This document shows positions 1 through 11,500 of a stretch of DNA of 64,000 nucleotides, in pieces. Both the position numbers and the translations under genes were made by a program. Positions within the stretch are counted from its first letter, which is position 1. The number at the start of each line of letters is the position of its first letter. This stretch comes from Macrostomum lignano (taxonomy: Eukaryota): NCBI GenBank assembly GCA_002269645.1, contig NIVC01001376.1, positions 62,001 through 126,000 of the forward strand, written 5' to 3'. The notes beneath the pieces are model-generated. The model worked only from the letters and a program-made list of their open reading frames with translations. It was not told where the DNA came from and did not search any database.

Positions 1-2151
1 CAATCCGTCGGTCATCAGTTGGTACATAAGGGTGCTTACTTGCGTTGAAACAGACTTTCCACCCAACCGACGGAGAAAGGCGAACTGAAATGTTGATGTT
101 GGTTGATCACAAAATTGAAGTCGAAAGAAGTCTTGTTAGATAGCTTCTTATAAGAATCTATCAAAGCTTGCAAATCGTTTTGCTATCATTGTACGATATT
201 TTAAAAAATCAGAAATCTCTAGCAAAAAAAGAAATCAGTGGCTTTAATTACAGTGCACATTGCATTCTAGCTGTATCATTTTATTTAACGAATATTTACC
301 ACAGTCTCTGTTGACTTTCGATCCTCCTTGACTTGACGGCTCCATGCTAGAAGCCCCTCCGGGGAGTTGAACGGCAAGCCACCCAAAATGGCTTTGTCAG
401 TAGGAATTTGGTGTTGTCGACTATCAGCAGCAGAATGAGCAGCGGGCAATGGGTTTGAGGAGATATGCTGCTCAATCGATTGAAGTCGCCGATCGATGCT
501 GCACACTTTAAGATACGTCGCCCGCTGCGACGCTGAAATATTAGAAAAATAAAATCGTTGTTTGCTTATTATACGCATATTATATGTTTTTGCTATATAT
601 GTATCTGAGAAATATACTTCTATACGAGACAAACCATTTTTCTCATAAAAAATCAAAGCGTAGTTGTTGTGAAAATATAAAATGAGTATAAGCTATAGTC
701 ATGTCAGTCAATGAACAGATTCATTTTAATATTTAGTGTGGATTCATGAATTTGGATCTAATGAGTAAATAGTGAGTCTATCTGTAAGCAGCATTTACTG
801 GTAGGGTACAAAAAATATCATAACTGTTACCTTCTATTTTGGAAATCATAGAAGCAACTTCTGCCAAAGTTACAGTTGACGATTGTCCTGGACTAGCAAC
901 ATCAGGTTGTTCTCCGTACAAATCGCCGAGAGTCACCAGAAGTGACTGTGTATTTGCAGCTGCGAAAGGCGACAGTTCGACCGATGGTGAATTTCGTAAG
1001 CCCGGCGACGACACTGCAGACGGCAGAGCAGACCGGTTACGATTCGCTGGTGATGATATTGCCGCAGCGCCAGCTGATGATGGCATTGCCGCATCGCCAG
1101 CTGATGATGGCATTGCCGCAGCGCCAGCTGATGATGACACTGCCGCAGCGCCAGCTGATGATGGCATTGCCGCAGCGCCAGCAGATGATGACACTGCCGC
1201 AGCGCCAGCTGATGATGGCATTGCCGCAGCACGAGCTGATAAAATCCCACATGGTGCGGTAATAACTGATGTAGCTGAATTGTTGCTGTTGGGCCCAGGG
1301 CGGATGTTCGAAGCATGTGATTGTTGCAGTACAGTCTGCAGCCTTGGTGCCTTGGGTACCACAGTCGGTTCACCAGCTGGTAATCTCGATCTTGATTTGC
1401 GATTCCTTGAATATTCGATCTCCTCGTCCAGACAATTACTGTGTCTATCGATGAAGACATCAGCAGGTGGACGATGCCTCGACACTTCGCAGTCCGTAGA
1501 TACGACGTCACCTTTGTTTTCATAACGACTTCTTAATTTTAAAGCCGAGCGCCATGAATCTGAGAGGTTATATAACGAGAAGCGCAATGTAATGCAAATA
1601 TTTTTCCCTGGCAGGTCATAATTGAGCACTTTAATTCATATCAGTATTATGCGATACATTTTTTAGTTGTTTATTGTACGATGTAATTTGTAATAATGTC
1701 AGTTATAAATAAACAAGTAATAAACAAAAATACAAGCCAAGTGCAAAAAACCTATATTTTATACATACATAGGCATACATATATGGGCTTTGAAACTTCA
1801 CAAGTCACTATTAACCATGCTTTACAGTAAAATGACAAACATATTTACTCTTGAAACTCTTTAAAAGTATATGCTAAACGGGAAACAAACCCTGAACTGA
1901 GAAAAACCAGCTTACGTACCATGCTGTGCCAATACGATCACCTCGTGTAGAGTCCAATTTTCGTCTGGAGCGATCCGTCCATCGATTGCCTTCTCATACG
2001 CTCGTCTTGGGGGCCACAGCACAGTCGTCGGGGACTTGAACCATGTTTTGAGTACCAAATCGAAAGAACGGTCGGCAGCGAATAAAACGAGAGCATAGGT
2101 CAGAGCAGGCATCGATGGCTCTTCTTGATCAGAGTCAGAAGATGACATCAT
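1..2151 (-). CDS. Multi-exon ORF2 accessory protein of element C, DUF4806-like, with an Ala/Ser/Pro repeat linker
   Basis: N-terminal exon YALVLF..VLKTWF..VLWPP..W is typical of these ORF2s. Later segments read LPFNSPEGL and RLGGKSVSTQVSTLMYQLMTDGL (near 1-80), which resembles DUF4806. Exon boundaries are approximate. Confidence 0.6.
1061..1229. repeat. 27-bp coding tandem repeat, about 6 copies (AAAMPSSAG units on the minus strand)
   Basis: The unit gccgcagcgccagctgatgatggcatt recurs with period 27. Confidence 0.9.
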
Positions 2152-2190
2152 GAAACTGAATTTAAATCGGAACGCTTGAACAGGCAAATT

Positions 2191-4378
2191 TCAAAAGGTG
2201 TGCAAAATAGGAAGTGCTACTAAGCCGCCTTCGCGCTGCTTCAAAAGCATCCCTTTGCACAATAAATCGGCAGATGGGATGAAGCTCAAATCACGAGAGA
2301 GATCGCTAACAACTACTATATTTATATCTAACGAATTGACAGCGCTGTCATAAAATGGTTCCATACGGCGATACTGTAGACCAACTAGAATGAAACTATT
2401 ATCAACGCATGATAAAATATGCTTCACGCAAACAACAGCACCTTGCTTAGTAAAAACATAGCAATCCGGATGTAAATTGGAAATGAATGTGTGTCGATCA
2501 GGCAGAATTACTTTTGAAAAGGCTCCGGAGATAGATAAATGATGGACAGTAATGTTAGGAATCGGTCTAATTCCAGAAAAAGACACATTCTGAGTTCCAG
2601 AAAACTTATCAAAATAGCCTAGGGTAACATCTCTTTCTAGAACTCGCTTGACAACTTGTTGCAGGGTGAATGATGGGCCTCTACAAAACTTAGTAAAAAA
2701 GCGTATGAAGTTTTCACCCCAAAAGCAGCTAAAATTTTCGAGACAACCGAACAGTCGCACGTCATTCGGCACATGGATTAGGGCGTGAATCGAAAATACA
2801 ATGAACTCTGGGCCCCATGCTTTTGTGCACTCAGAAACAAACCACTTGATGAGGTCCTCTGAGAAATCGCAATAATGCGAACATAAAACGGGATGCGACA
2901 TAAGAAATGTGAATGTGTGCAATGAGAGAATTAACTGGTACATAACAGAACTAACAATTCCCTTCAGAGCAACAGGTGCAAGATATAAGATAAACATGCG
3001 CAATTCTGTTGCCTTCCAGAGTTTTAAAACATTAAGGGATCGCGGCCGACGAGGAAAATCGTGCGTTATACATGATCTCAGAGACGTTAATGTTGTGCTG
3101 ATTTGCCGTATAGAAAGCGAAGGGACGCGGTAGTCAACATGTGCGGCAGATAAGGACTTTAAAATTCTGAAAACAGCGCCCTCATAAATCAGGTGCATGG
3201 GATCTAATGGAAAGCACTTGATCATGTCTATTGCTAAGGACAAAAACGGACTTTGTTGGCGATTGCGAATGTGGTCTATATAGGCTTCAGGCGTGCGGAA
3301 CATATCATCAGTGCGAAGAGGTGCAGAAACATCGACAAAACAGACCCTACGTGCAACATACTCGCCTTCGACTACGCATTTGTCACATGAAAAGTAGCCT
3401 GTGCAATGTTTGGTACTTTTAACATAGGATCGAGCAGGTGTGTCGCACATTACCATCTCCAAAATAAAGGGAACACATTTTCCATTTGGCATTATGAATC
3501 CAGCTGAGATTAAACTGTGCAGCTCAGCTATGCAATCAGCCAGAAAGTCATTAACAAAGGCAGGCTTCGAATCGCCACAATAGATGCCGATGATAAAAGA
3601 ACAGTCACGAAGGTCCCTTAGGCGTCCAAAAATTGGCCAAAGGGTACATGTTGTGCTCCGATAGACCTGCGCACCATCAATAAAAAGATGAAAAAAACGG
3701 TACTCATCAGCAACAAAGATGGACGATTAGCCAGTACAAAATTTAAAGCAGCTTTGACACCAAAATGGTAATAGTGGCCAGGTTCAACAGTTTTTACAGA
3801 TACTTTGCGTTCAGTTTTCATCAGAGTACGATAGTCACGTGGCAGGCCAGGCTCAATGGCTTCCAAGCGATGAAGTAAATCATTAACCATTGCAGTGTCT
3901 GGATCTTTTGCTTTGACCCAATCACAGAGAGCAGTTTGTAGTTGCTCCCTACGGTCAATCAAGTTAAGCTCAGACTCCATAGCCGAAAATTCAGAGCCTC
4001 GATCAGATAGATTAGCACTACTTTGAAAGCTTGCATTACTTGAACCTGAAAAGTGTGACAATTTTTAGGGAGTCAAAATATATTTCATCTATAGTAGAGC
4101 AAAAAATGGCTAAACAGTTAACCACAAATTAACTTACCAAAATGGTTTAGAGCCTGTACCACTTCAAACTCTTTAGATCCTATATCTGCTTCCATTTCAA
4201 CTTCTTGTTGGTTGCTAGACAGAGATACACAGGAATCTTGAGCTTCTAGTACTTGGTCAACTGATAGTCCTATATTAGGATATTCAGAAGCAGATGCATA
4301 ACTTCTCTGGTCTTGGACCATATAGTACTCAGATAATGCTTGCCTCTGAATAGTACGTTTGCTCATTTGCTTCTCCAT
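2191..4378 (-). CDS. EnSpm-type DDE transposase; two exons (4378-4138, 4045-2191) with one apparent frameshift in a T-run near 3685
   Basis: Motifs seen: CDW..LPRDYRTL..YYHFG; FIDGAQVYRS..LWPI (read in the shifted frame); MCDTPARSYVK..GYFSCDKC; FPLDPMHLIYEG; RRPRSL..WKATELRMF; HALIH..GENF. GT-AG intron at 4137-4046 keeps the frame. Confidence 0.85.
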
Positions 4379-5882
4379 GATTTTGTAAAGATCTGAAAAG
4401 TTTTTGATTTATTGAATATTAATGTGAAAACTGAAGAATATAGCCCATATGACAATGACTATATCACAAAGGATATATACATTGCTTATACATAAGTAGT
4501 TATATCTAAACTTTACTTAATGGTATGATACATTTGTAAATAAGATGCATTCTTAGTAGATGCATTTCTTAGTCTTTTCCTCACTTTTTTCTCTAACCTT
4601 TATATACATAACACTGGCCTGTTTACGCGCGCTTCTTTGAATAAACTTTTTCTTGACCATATTATGGAGCTGAGATCTGCAGCTTTCATTTGAATCAAGT
4701 TACAATTGAAACAGACTGAAATTATATCTGCTAGAAGACATTGTAGCAAGGGTTTCAGAACTTTTGATGGACAATATATATTAGCTTTTTTTCCATTGAC
4801 CTTATCCCTTAGCCCTAGGGCAGCACAGTCCAGATTGGCCCAGATTGTTCTTTGCTAATAGAACTGATACTCAGGGCCATAGCAACCCACAACTATTAAA
4901 TTAAAGTACATGAACTAACTGATTGAGTACACATGCAGCCAGCTAACATGACCACCCAATAGCCCCCCCCCTAGTTATGAAAATAATTTTTTTCCAAAAC
5001 AGTAAATAGGCCTAATTAGTATATAATAAATTAAGCAATTATATAAATATTAGGTTTAAGCTAAAATAGCCAATATAGAAAAAAATCAAAGGGCATTCAA
5101 GAAAATATTTTGAAATCAACATAATTAAAATACCTAAATGCTCGTAAATAGGGATATAATAAAATTATATTTGAAAAACTATATACTATTTAAATATTTT
5201 AATTATTCTTGATAACTTATAAGCCCCATGGCTATGTCTATAGTCAGTAGGTGTAGCTAGGAATTTCCTACAGGGGATATACCAAGGAGAATTTTTTATG
5301 GAAGGTATACCAAGGTAAAAGTATTATGATAGAGTTACATGGTAGCATATATAGCAACAAAAGGCAACAAAAAAAATTAGTTAGGCTCTTTAGGGAAGGA
5401 TACATCCCCCTATCCTCCCTCCCTATACCTTTGCCTATAGTAAAATATAGATGAAAAAACTAAAAATAATGGCTCAATACTACAATAAGTTGAGTCCAGT
5501 TGGAATTATTCATTTAAACCTAGGCTTCAAGTGTAGGCCTAATTTTTTTAATTATATATAAACTTAGATTTAGCACATGCTAGCATACAAAGTTTTATAG
5601 TTCAAGCTAGGTTAGGCCTACCATCGAGGCTACTAAGTTCTAATTGTAGGCCTAGCCTATCCAATTTTTAATACCAACTTAAATTAAAATAAAAATGGCC
5701 TACCTACATTACATACTATAATTTTTTATAAATTAAATGCCTAAAATACTTAAATAAAGCTTAGAACACATCCAAAACTATCTACTAGGGCAGCAAGGTC
5801 TGAAAATAAATGACGCCTAGCTATGCCTTTGTCTGGTTGTCTAGCTAAGTTAAGATTAAGAAAGACTGGGACTATAGAACTG

Positions 5883-6695
5883 TGTGACGTTGTCAGTTTA
5901 AGGTGGTCCCGAAAAGGGCCGTTGGACTACTGTTTCCCCATAGTCATTCAACCGTTCAGTTTCACCGTTTCAACTAAACTTTTCCATTTGTTTATTGCGA
6001 CGTTTACTTGTACATGTAGTAGTGCCCAACGATTTTGTGGCAATTTCTAATTCACTGTATATTTTGCTATCCTCTCTCGCGACCGTATAAAATTGGCACG
6101 ATCGATAATTTTAAGTTTCTCGCCAGCCAATGAAGATCACTCGTGCTTCGCGCTACCCCCCCTCTGCGCTCCTTTATTAAACCCCCGCCTGGCGGCGGGC
6201 ACTCCTCACTCCTGTCCTTATCTGTGCTTCTCTCTTCCTCCCGGACTGCCCTTGGCCTTGTGTGTGTTTTTACGGCCTTGTTTTCCTTCTCTCTGTCTGG
6301 CTGCCTCGAGCCTCCTTACCTCACGCCACGACTGACGCCAACTTCGCCACTGCTCATCTGCCTACTACGTCTCACTGCCTCTTCTGTACTCATTGCCATT
6401 GATCATCACGTTACATCGCCACTGCATCACTCGTCTGTCGCTTGAACTCACATCCAATTTATCTTAAAAGAAACCATTGTTGCAGCCGCCAGTGCCCAGA
6501 AAGCCATAGTTTGTTATTTGCCAGTAACAACCACACTTACTATTTATATTGATAATAAAAAACGACTACGGCAGTTTCCTGCCCTCATTGCCAAGTGCTC
6601 CGCTACACCAACCACTTCGCTTAAGTTGACTTCAACTTATTTTGGGACTAAAACGGCCCTTTTAAGGGTCACGGCCAACATCAAATAACGTGACA
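5883..6695 (+). repeat. 5' LTR of Gypsy-1 (813 bp)
   Basis: Runs TGTGACGTTG...ATAACGTGACA and is a direct repeat of 14920-15710. Confidence 0.97.
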
Positions 6696-6701
6696 TAATT
6701 T

Positions 6702-6719
6702 TGGAGGTCCCACCGAGAT
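6702..6719 (+). promoter_or_regulatory. Primer-binding site complementary to the 3' end of tRNA-Gln
   Basis: TGGAGGTCCCACCGAGAT is the reverse complement of ATCTCGGTGGGACCT-CCA, the 3' end of eukaryotic tRNA-Gln(UUG). It lies 6 nt after the LTR. Confidence 0.88.
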
Positions 6720-6909
6720 GCCTACTCAGCACTGCCGGCTCGCAACTAAGTCAGTGCCATCAAGACTTCTGCTCAGCCCTGCCAGCTCGTAATCAGCGCC
6801 ATCAAGACTTCGTCTCAGTCCTGCCAGTCTGCAACCAAGCACCAGCCACCAGCGAGACTTCTGCTCAGCTCTGCCGGCTCGTGACTGAGCACCTGCCTGC
6901 CTGTGCTAC

Positions 6910-7032
6910 GCCTGAGGTTCGGTCCGCAAGGCTGCGAGAGCCTGTGCCACGCCTGAGGTTCGGTCCGCAAGGCTGCGAGAGCCTGTGCCACGCCTGAGGT
7001 TCGGTCCGCAAGGCTGCAAGAGCCTGTGCCAC
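6910..7032. repeat. 41-bp tandem repeat, 3 copies, in the Gypsy-1 leader (degenerate related units at 6730-6900)
   Basis: Unit gcctgaggttcggtccgcaaggctgcgagagcctgtgccac starts at 6910, 6951 and 6992. Confidence 0.92.
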
Positions 7033-7422
7033 GTCAGGCCCAGGGGTCCTGACTGCCCGGCTGGTCTTCGCTCGTCGCCGCGGGTCGTCGCTGGCCGTCG
7101 CCCTGAGCAACGCGCGCTGTCAACTGCGTTGAGCTCGAGCTTACGCTCTGCCAAGATAGCTCCGCTGCGTGTGCCAAGCCACGCCAGGTTACGCTGTGCG
7201 CTGATTGTTTGTAGGGACTATTGCCTGACAGTTAGTCTGGGTGGTTTGCGTGATAGGAATCTCCCCTATTATAGGCTTTTTGTGGTTTGCCCCTGTCAGG
7301 CACGTATTTTTGTTAGTAGGACGCAATCTCTCATCTCTCTCGCGTCATCAACCTCAATTCGTTTTCTCTGGAGCCTTATTTTCGTTCACGCTTGGTTCAT
7401 TCATCTCACTCAATCTTGCACA

Positions 7423-8592
7423 ATGTCCGACAACGGGGACAACCACGCTGCAGCGTCATTGGCTGACGGAGATGCCGCCGTGCCAGATCAGGACGCAGTC
7501 GATGCCGGCGAGCAGCCAGCAGGCGCAGCTGCTGCCGCCGCGCCAGCTCCTAGTGAGCAACTCTTGTTGACTCAAACCTTAGCCTCTCTTCACCGGATGC
7601 TCGAAGAGCGTCTCGCCGTTTCCTCGCCGTCAGCGCCAAATTCTTCGCCACCTGCGAAGCCAGACATACGCCTTCGCCCTCCAATCGCTTATCAGCCGAA
7701 GATGAACTTTGATACGTGGGAAGCTCAGCTTACTTCGTATCTAGCCACTTGCCGCGTTCCCGAGGACCAGAAGTCTGCCATTTTCGTATCTTTACTGTCA
7801 GCCGAATGCCAAGAGGTATATCTCAATTACCGGTGTGACCAGCTGCCTTTCGAATCTGCGCTTCGGTTGCTCAGGGAAAGGTACACCGATGCCAAGAAGA
7901 AGGACAAGGCCTACGTAGAATTAGTTGCTGCCGCCCAATCTCATAATGAGCAAATGTCTGACTTCTTTGACAGACTGGTCTCCTATTCTAGACTAGCGGG
8001 TCTCTCGCTCGCTGAAGCGAAGCCCCTACTCAAGGCCAGATTCTGTCATGGGCTGAGGGATAAGGACCTCGCCGAAAAGCTCCTCTTATGGGATCAGGAA
8101 ACCGACAGTGCCACCTCTGCAGAAGAGCTGATGCAGAAGGCCAAAGATCTTGTCGGGGTCCGCCAGCTTCTGAATGTGCCTTCTACTATAGCCAAGGTTC
8201 GTGCCATAGAACCTGACGCTGAGAAGAAAGCGTTAGAACAGAGGGTCGCCGAGCTTGAAAAGATGGTGACCGACCAAGCCAATAGATTAAGCCAGACCAC
8301 TCCGCCTGTCACCACCAATCAGGGGCCCACTCGCACAGAGCCCACTGGGGGCCCACCACAAGTTAACCAAACCTATAGACAGCCTAGGCCAGCTCCTCGC
8401 CCTCCGCGGGCTTGCCATCGATGCGGCCAGACCGATCACCTGATCGCTGACTGCCCATCGCCCTCGCCGAGACCAAAGTCGCCAAAGCAGCCCCGGGGGA
8501 GCCAGAATCAGCAGCCCAGCCGTGGAAAAGTCACGACTGAACTAGCAAACCATTGCCACATGGTCTCAGAATTACGGGTTCATCCAATCTGA
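7423..8592 (+). CDS. gag: Gag (capsid plus CCHC nucleocapsid knuckle) of Gypsy-1
   Basis: ATG at 7423. Contains FDTWEAQL..Y, LKARFCHGLRD and the knuckle CHRCGQTDHLIADC. Confidence 0.88.
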   Translation: MSDNGDNHAAASLADGDAAVPDQDAVDAGEQPAGAAAAAAPAPSEQLLLTQTLASLHRMLEERLAVSSPSAPNSSPPAKPDIRLRPPIAYQPKMNFDTWEAQLTSYLATCRVPEDQKSAIFVSLLSAECQEVYLNYRCDQLPFESALRLLRERYTDAKKKDKAYVELVAAAQSHNEQMSDFFDRLVSYSRLAGLSLAEAKPLLKARFCHGLRDKDLAEKLLLWDQETDSATSAEELMQKAKDLVGVRQLLNVPSTIAKVRAIEPDAEKKALEQRVAELEKMVTDQANRLSQTTPPVTTNQGPTRTEPTGGPPQVNQTYRQPRPAPRPPRACHRCGQTDHLIADCPSPSPRPKSPKQPRGSQNQQPSRGKVTTELANHCHMVSELRVHPI

Positions 8593-11500
8593 GCACCTGC
8601 CAGAGAAATTGTTCGTTCACATTAGCCAACTGTCTCCCAGCCTGCGTAGCCTAGTCGAGCAGCACCGCCTTAGGGGGACTAGGGTGAAATTCCAGCGCCA
8701 GGTCGACCCCGGGCGCCAGCACGACAAGGCCTGTAATGTGCAACCTCAGCCAGGGGACAGTGATCCACAATGCCGACAAGGGGGGTACACAGCTGACACC
8801 TTTGAGTCTAGCTATTTCGTGCAGCTAGGAGTAGGAGACTCTAAAGTTCTGGCCTGTCTAGACTCAGGCGCCAATGCCAGCATCATGGGTGCTGACGTGA
8901 AGGCCAAACTGGTTGCAGCTGACCCCGTCAATAACATATTCACGCCTAGTGCTAATAAGCAGCGCGCCACCGCCTTCGGCGGCTCTCAGGTAGACATCCT
9001 AGGGTCGCTACGCTGCGAAATCAACTTAGGTAATACGACTAAACAACATGTATTCTTAGTCACTGCTTACTGTACCACGGAAGCCCTGTTAGGCATGGAT
9101 TTCCTGCGCAGCTTCGAGATGCTGCTAGATTTCAACTCTGGCCGAGCTTTAGTAGCAGGGGTGTCAGTACCAGTCATTGAGGGGGACAAGGGAATTTTCC
9201 AACTCCGACGTGTGATGGCCGCCGGCACCGTAGAATTGCCCCCGCACTCGGAACCCTGATTCCCAGTCGTGTCCTCGACTCTTCGCCGTACACCTCCGGT
9301 ATAGTCATGTCCCGGATCCTCGGACCAGAGACCGAACAGTTGGTAGCTAAGACTCTAGACTCAGTTAGCGATACTAACCACATACTAGTGCGCGTGCTCA
9401 ACAGTGGGGAGCAGCCCATTCAGATAACTAGGGGGCAAGAAATTGCCTCATTCCAGGAATTAGATAGTCATGAGGTCATAGCTCAGACGACCCTGAAGGA
9501 GTCTGACTTTAGTCTGGACAATGTAGCTAACCTCACAAGCCAACTCAGTAAACTGCCGCCGCCTAGTAGGGAGCTAGCCAAATGGCTGACAACGCAGTTC
9601 CAACTCGACCAAGCCAAATTGTCTAGGGGCCAACTCGCCACCGTATTGAAACTGCTCAACTACTTCAATAGCCAAATCTCTAGATCAAACGCAGATTTAG
9701 GCCATACCACATTACACAAGATGGGCATAGAGTTAATAGATCCCAAGGCCAAGCCTGTTGCGCAACCATACAGGCGCACTACGCCAGCCCAAAAGGAATT
9801 CCTAGATCAGAACATAGCGCAGATGCTCGAGCAAGGGGTCATCGAGGAATGCGACTCCGACTGGGTGTCACCTATCGTTCTAGTCAAGAAGAAGGACGGC
9901 ACTCAACGCTTGTGTATAGACTATAGGGCCGTCAATAAGCTCATCAAGCCGTGTAGCTTCCCCCTGCCACTCATCGAAGAATCTTTTGACAGCCTTGCTG
10001 GGGCCACTGTATTCTCTAGTCTAGATCTGACCTCTGCGTACTGGCAGGTAGGGATTAAAGAGGAGGCTAGGGACTACACTGCCTTTGCCTGCCCCCAGGG
10101 CACTTTCCGCTGGAAGGTAGTACCATTTGGGATCAAGACAGCGCCTGCCAATTTCGCGAAACTAATGCACAAAGTGTTTAGGCCTCTCCTGATGAAGGTC
10201 AGCCTCATCTATCTAGATGACATCATCATTAAGGCTGTCAACAATGACCAAATGATCGCGCATCTCGCGCTGGTCCTCTGGCAGCTTAGAAAAGCCGGTC
10301 TCAAAATTAAGCCGTCTAAGTGTGAGTTGTTCAAGGACAAGGTTGCCTTCCTGGGGTTCGTTGTGTCTAGCCGGGGCATTGAGGCTGACCCAGCTAAAAC
10401 CCAGGCTGTCCAAGAGTGGCCTAAACCGCTTTCTAAGAAACAGCTCTTATCCTTCTTGGGATTCGCGAATTACTACCGGAAATTTGTGCCGCGATTCTCA
10501 ATCATCGCCACACCTTTGTATGCCTTAGCCAAAAAGGATACTCCGTTTCTATGGCAACCGCATCATGAACGGGCTTTCCAAGAACTCAAACATAGCCTCT
10601 GTTCACCACCGATTCTGGCGTATCCAGACCTCTCTGCTAAGGGGCGCGAATTTATTTTGGACTGCGATAGCTCGCTTGACGGCACCGGGGGTGTGCTGTA
10701 CCAGCTCGGGCCAGATGGCCAAGAACAAGTCATAGCTTACGCATCCAAAAAATTCAACAGTAGCCAGAGAAACTACTGCGCCACCATGAGGGAGTTGCTA
10801 GGGCTCGTTCTGATGCTCGAGCATTTCCGTCCTTATCTATTAGACAAGCCTTTCACTGTCCGGGTGGACGCGGCCGCGCTCAAATGGCTGCATTCTAAGA
10901 AGCATGCCACTGGTATGCTGGCCCAATGGCTTGCCACCATTGAACTGTACCCGCTGAAGGTTCAGCAGTCCACTCTAGAACGAATAGCCGAATACGATTT
11001 CACAGTCCAGTACCGTCCAGGCGTTGACCACGTGCCTTCTGACGCTCTTAGCAGACTGCCAAAATTCAGAGCCGATCACTTTGACTGCCCGACGTGCAGC
11101 CAGATTCCAGAATTTAGGGGGAAATTCCTGGACCAAGACCCAAAGCACCGGCGTACGCCCCCCTCTAGAGAACTGCGCCAGGTGTACGCCCAGACCATAG
11201 GCATTAGCGTAGCGTGTCAGACTGACACAGATGCCCCGGCTGAACCAACGCCGAATGTTCGTGCTACTGCTAGCGGTGCTGTTCCTAGTCCAGAGACTGA
11301 ATCCTGTGAACCTGAAACCGAATCCCAAGTGCCACCCGAGCTCATATGGGCCCAGAATGCCCAGGACTCCTGTGTTGACATGGCGCGCTTAATCGCCAGT
11401 GTCCAGGGTAAGGCTGAGCCATTGTCCAAGGCCGAACTGCAGGGTTGTAGCCGGGAAATACGCTCACTCTGGGCTCAATTCAATGACCTTGAAGTAGTCG

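Larger units (their letters stand above)
1..4378 (-). mobile_element. EnSpm/CACTA (CMC superfamily)-type DNA transposon, element C, with transposase plus DUF4806-like ORF2; 3' part runs off the window
   Basis: Two tandem minus-strand genes carry animal-EnSpm transposase motifs and ORF2 motifs. Termini were not identified with confidence; GACTGGG at 5864-5870 is a possible right end. Confidence 0.8.

Noticed and set aside
6985-7422. Extended N-terminus of the 535-aa gag ORF
   Set aside because: It starts at GTG within leader repeats. Homology with Gypsy-2 places the start at ATG 7423.
8543-8592. Programmed +1 frameshift or UAG readthrough between gag and pol in Gypsy-1
   Set aside because: There is no canonical slippery or CARYYA context, and Gypsy-2 is in frame at this position. 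Removing one A gives gap-free collinearity, so a mutation or sequencing error is more likely.
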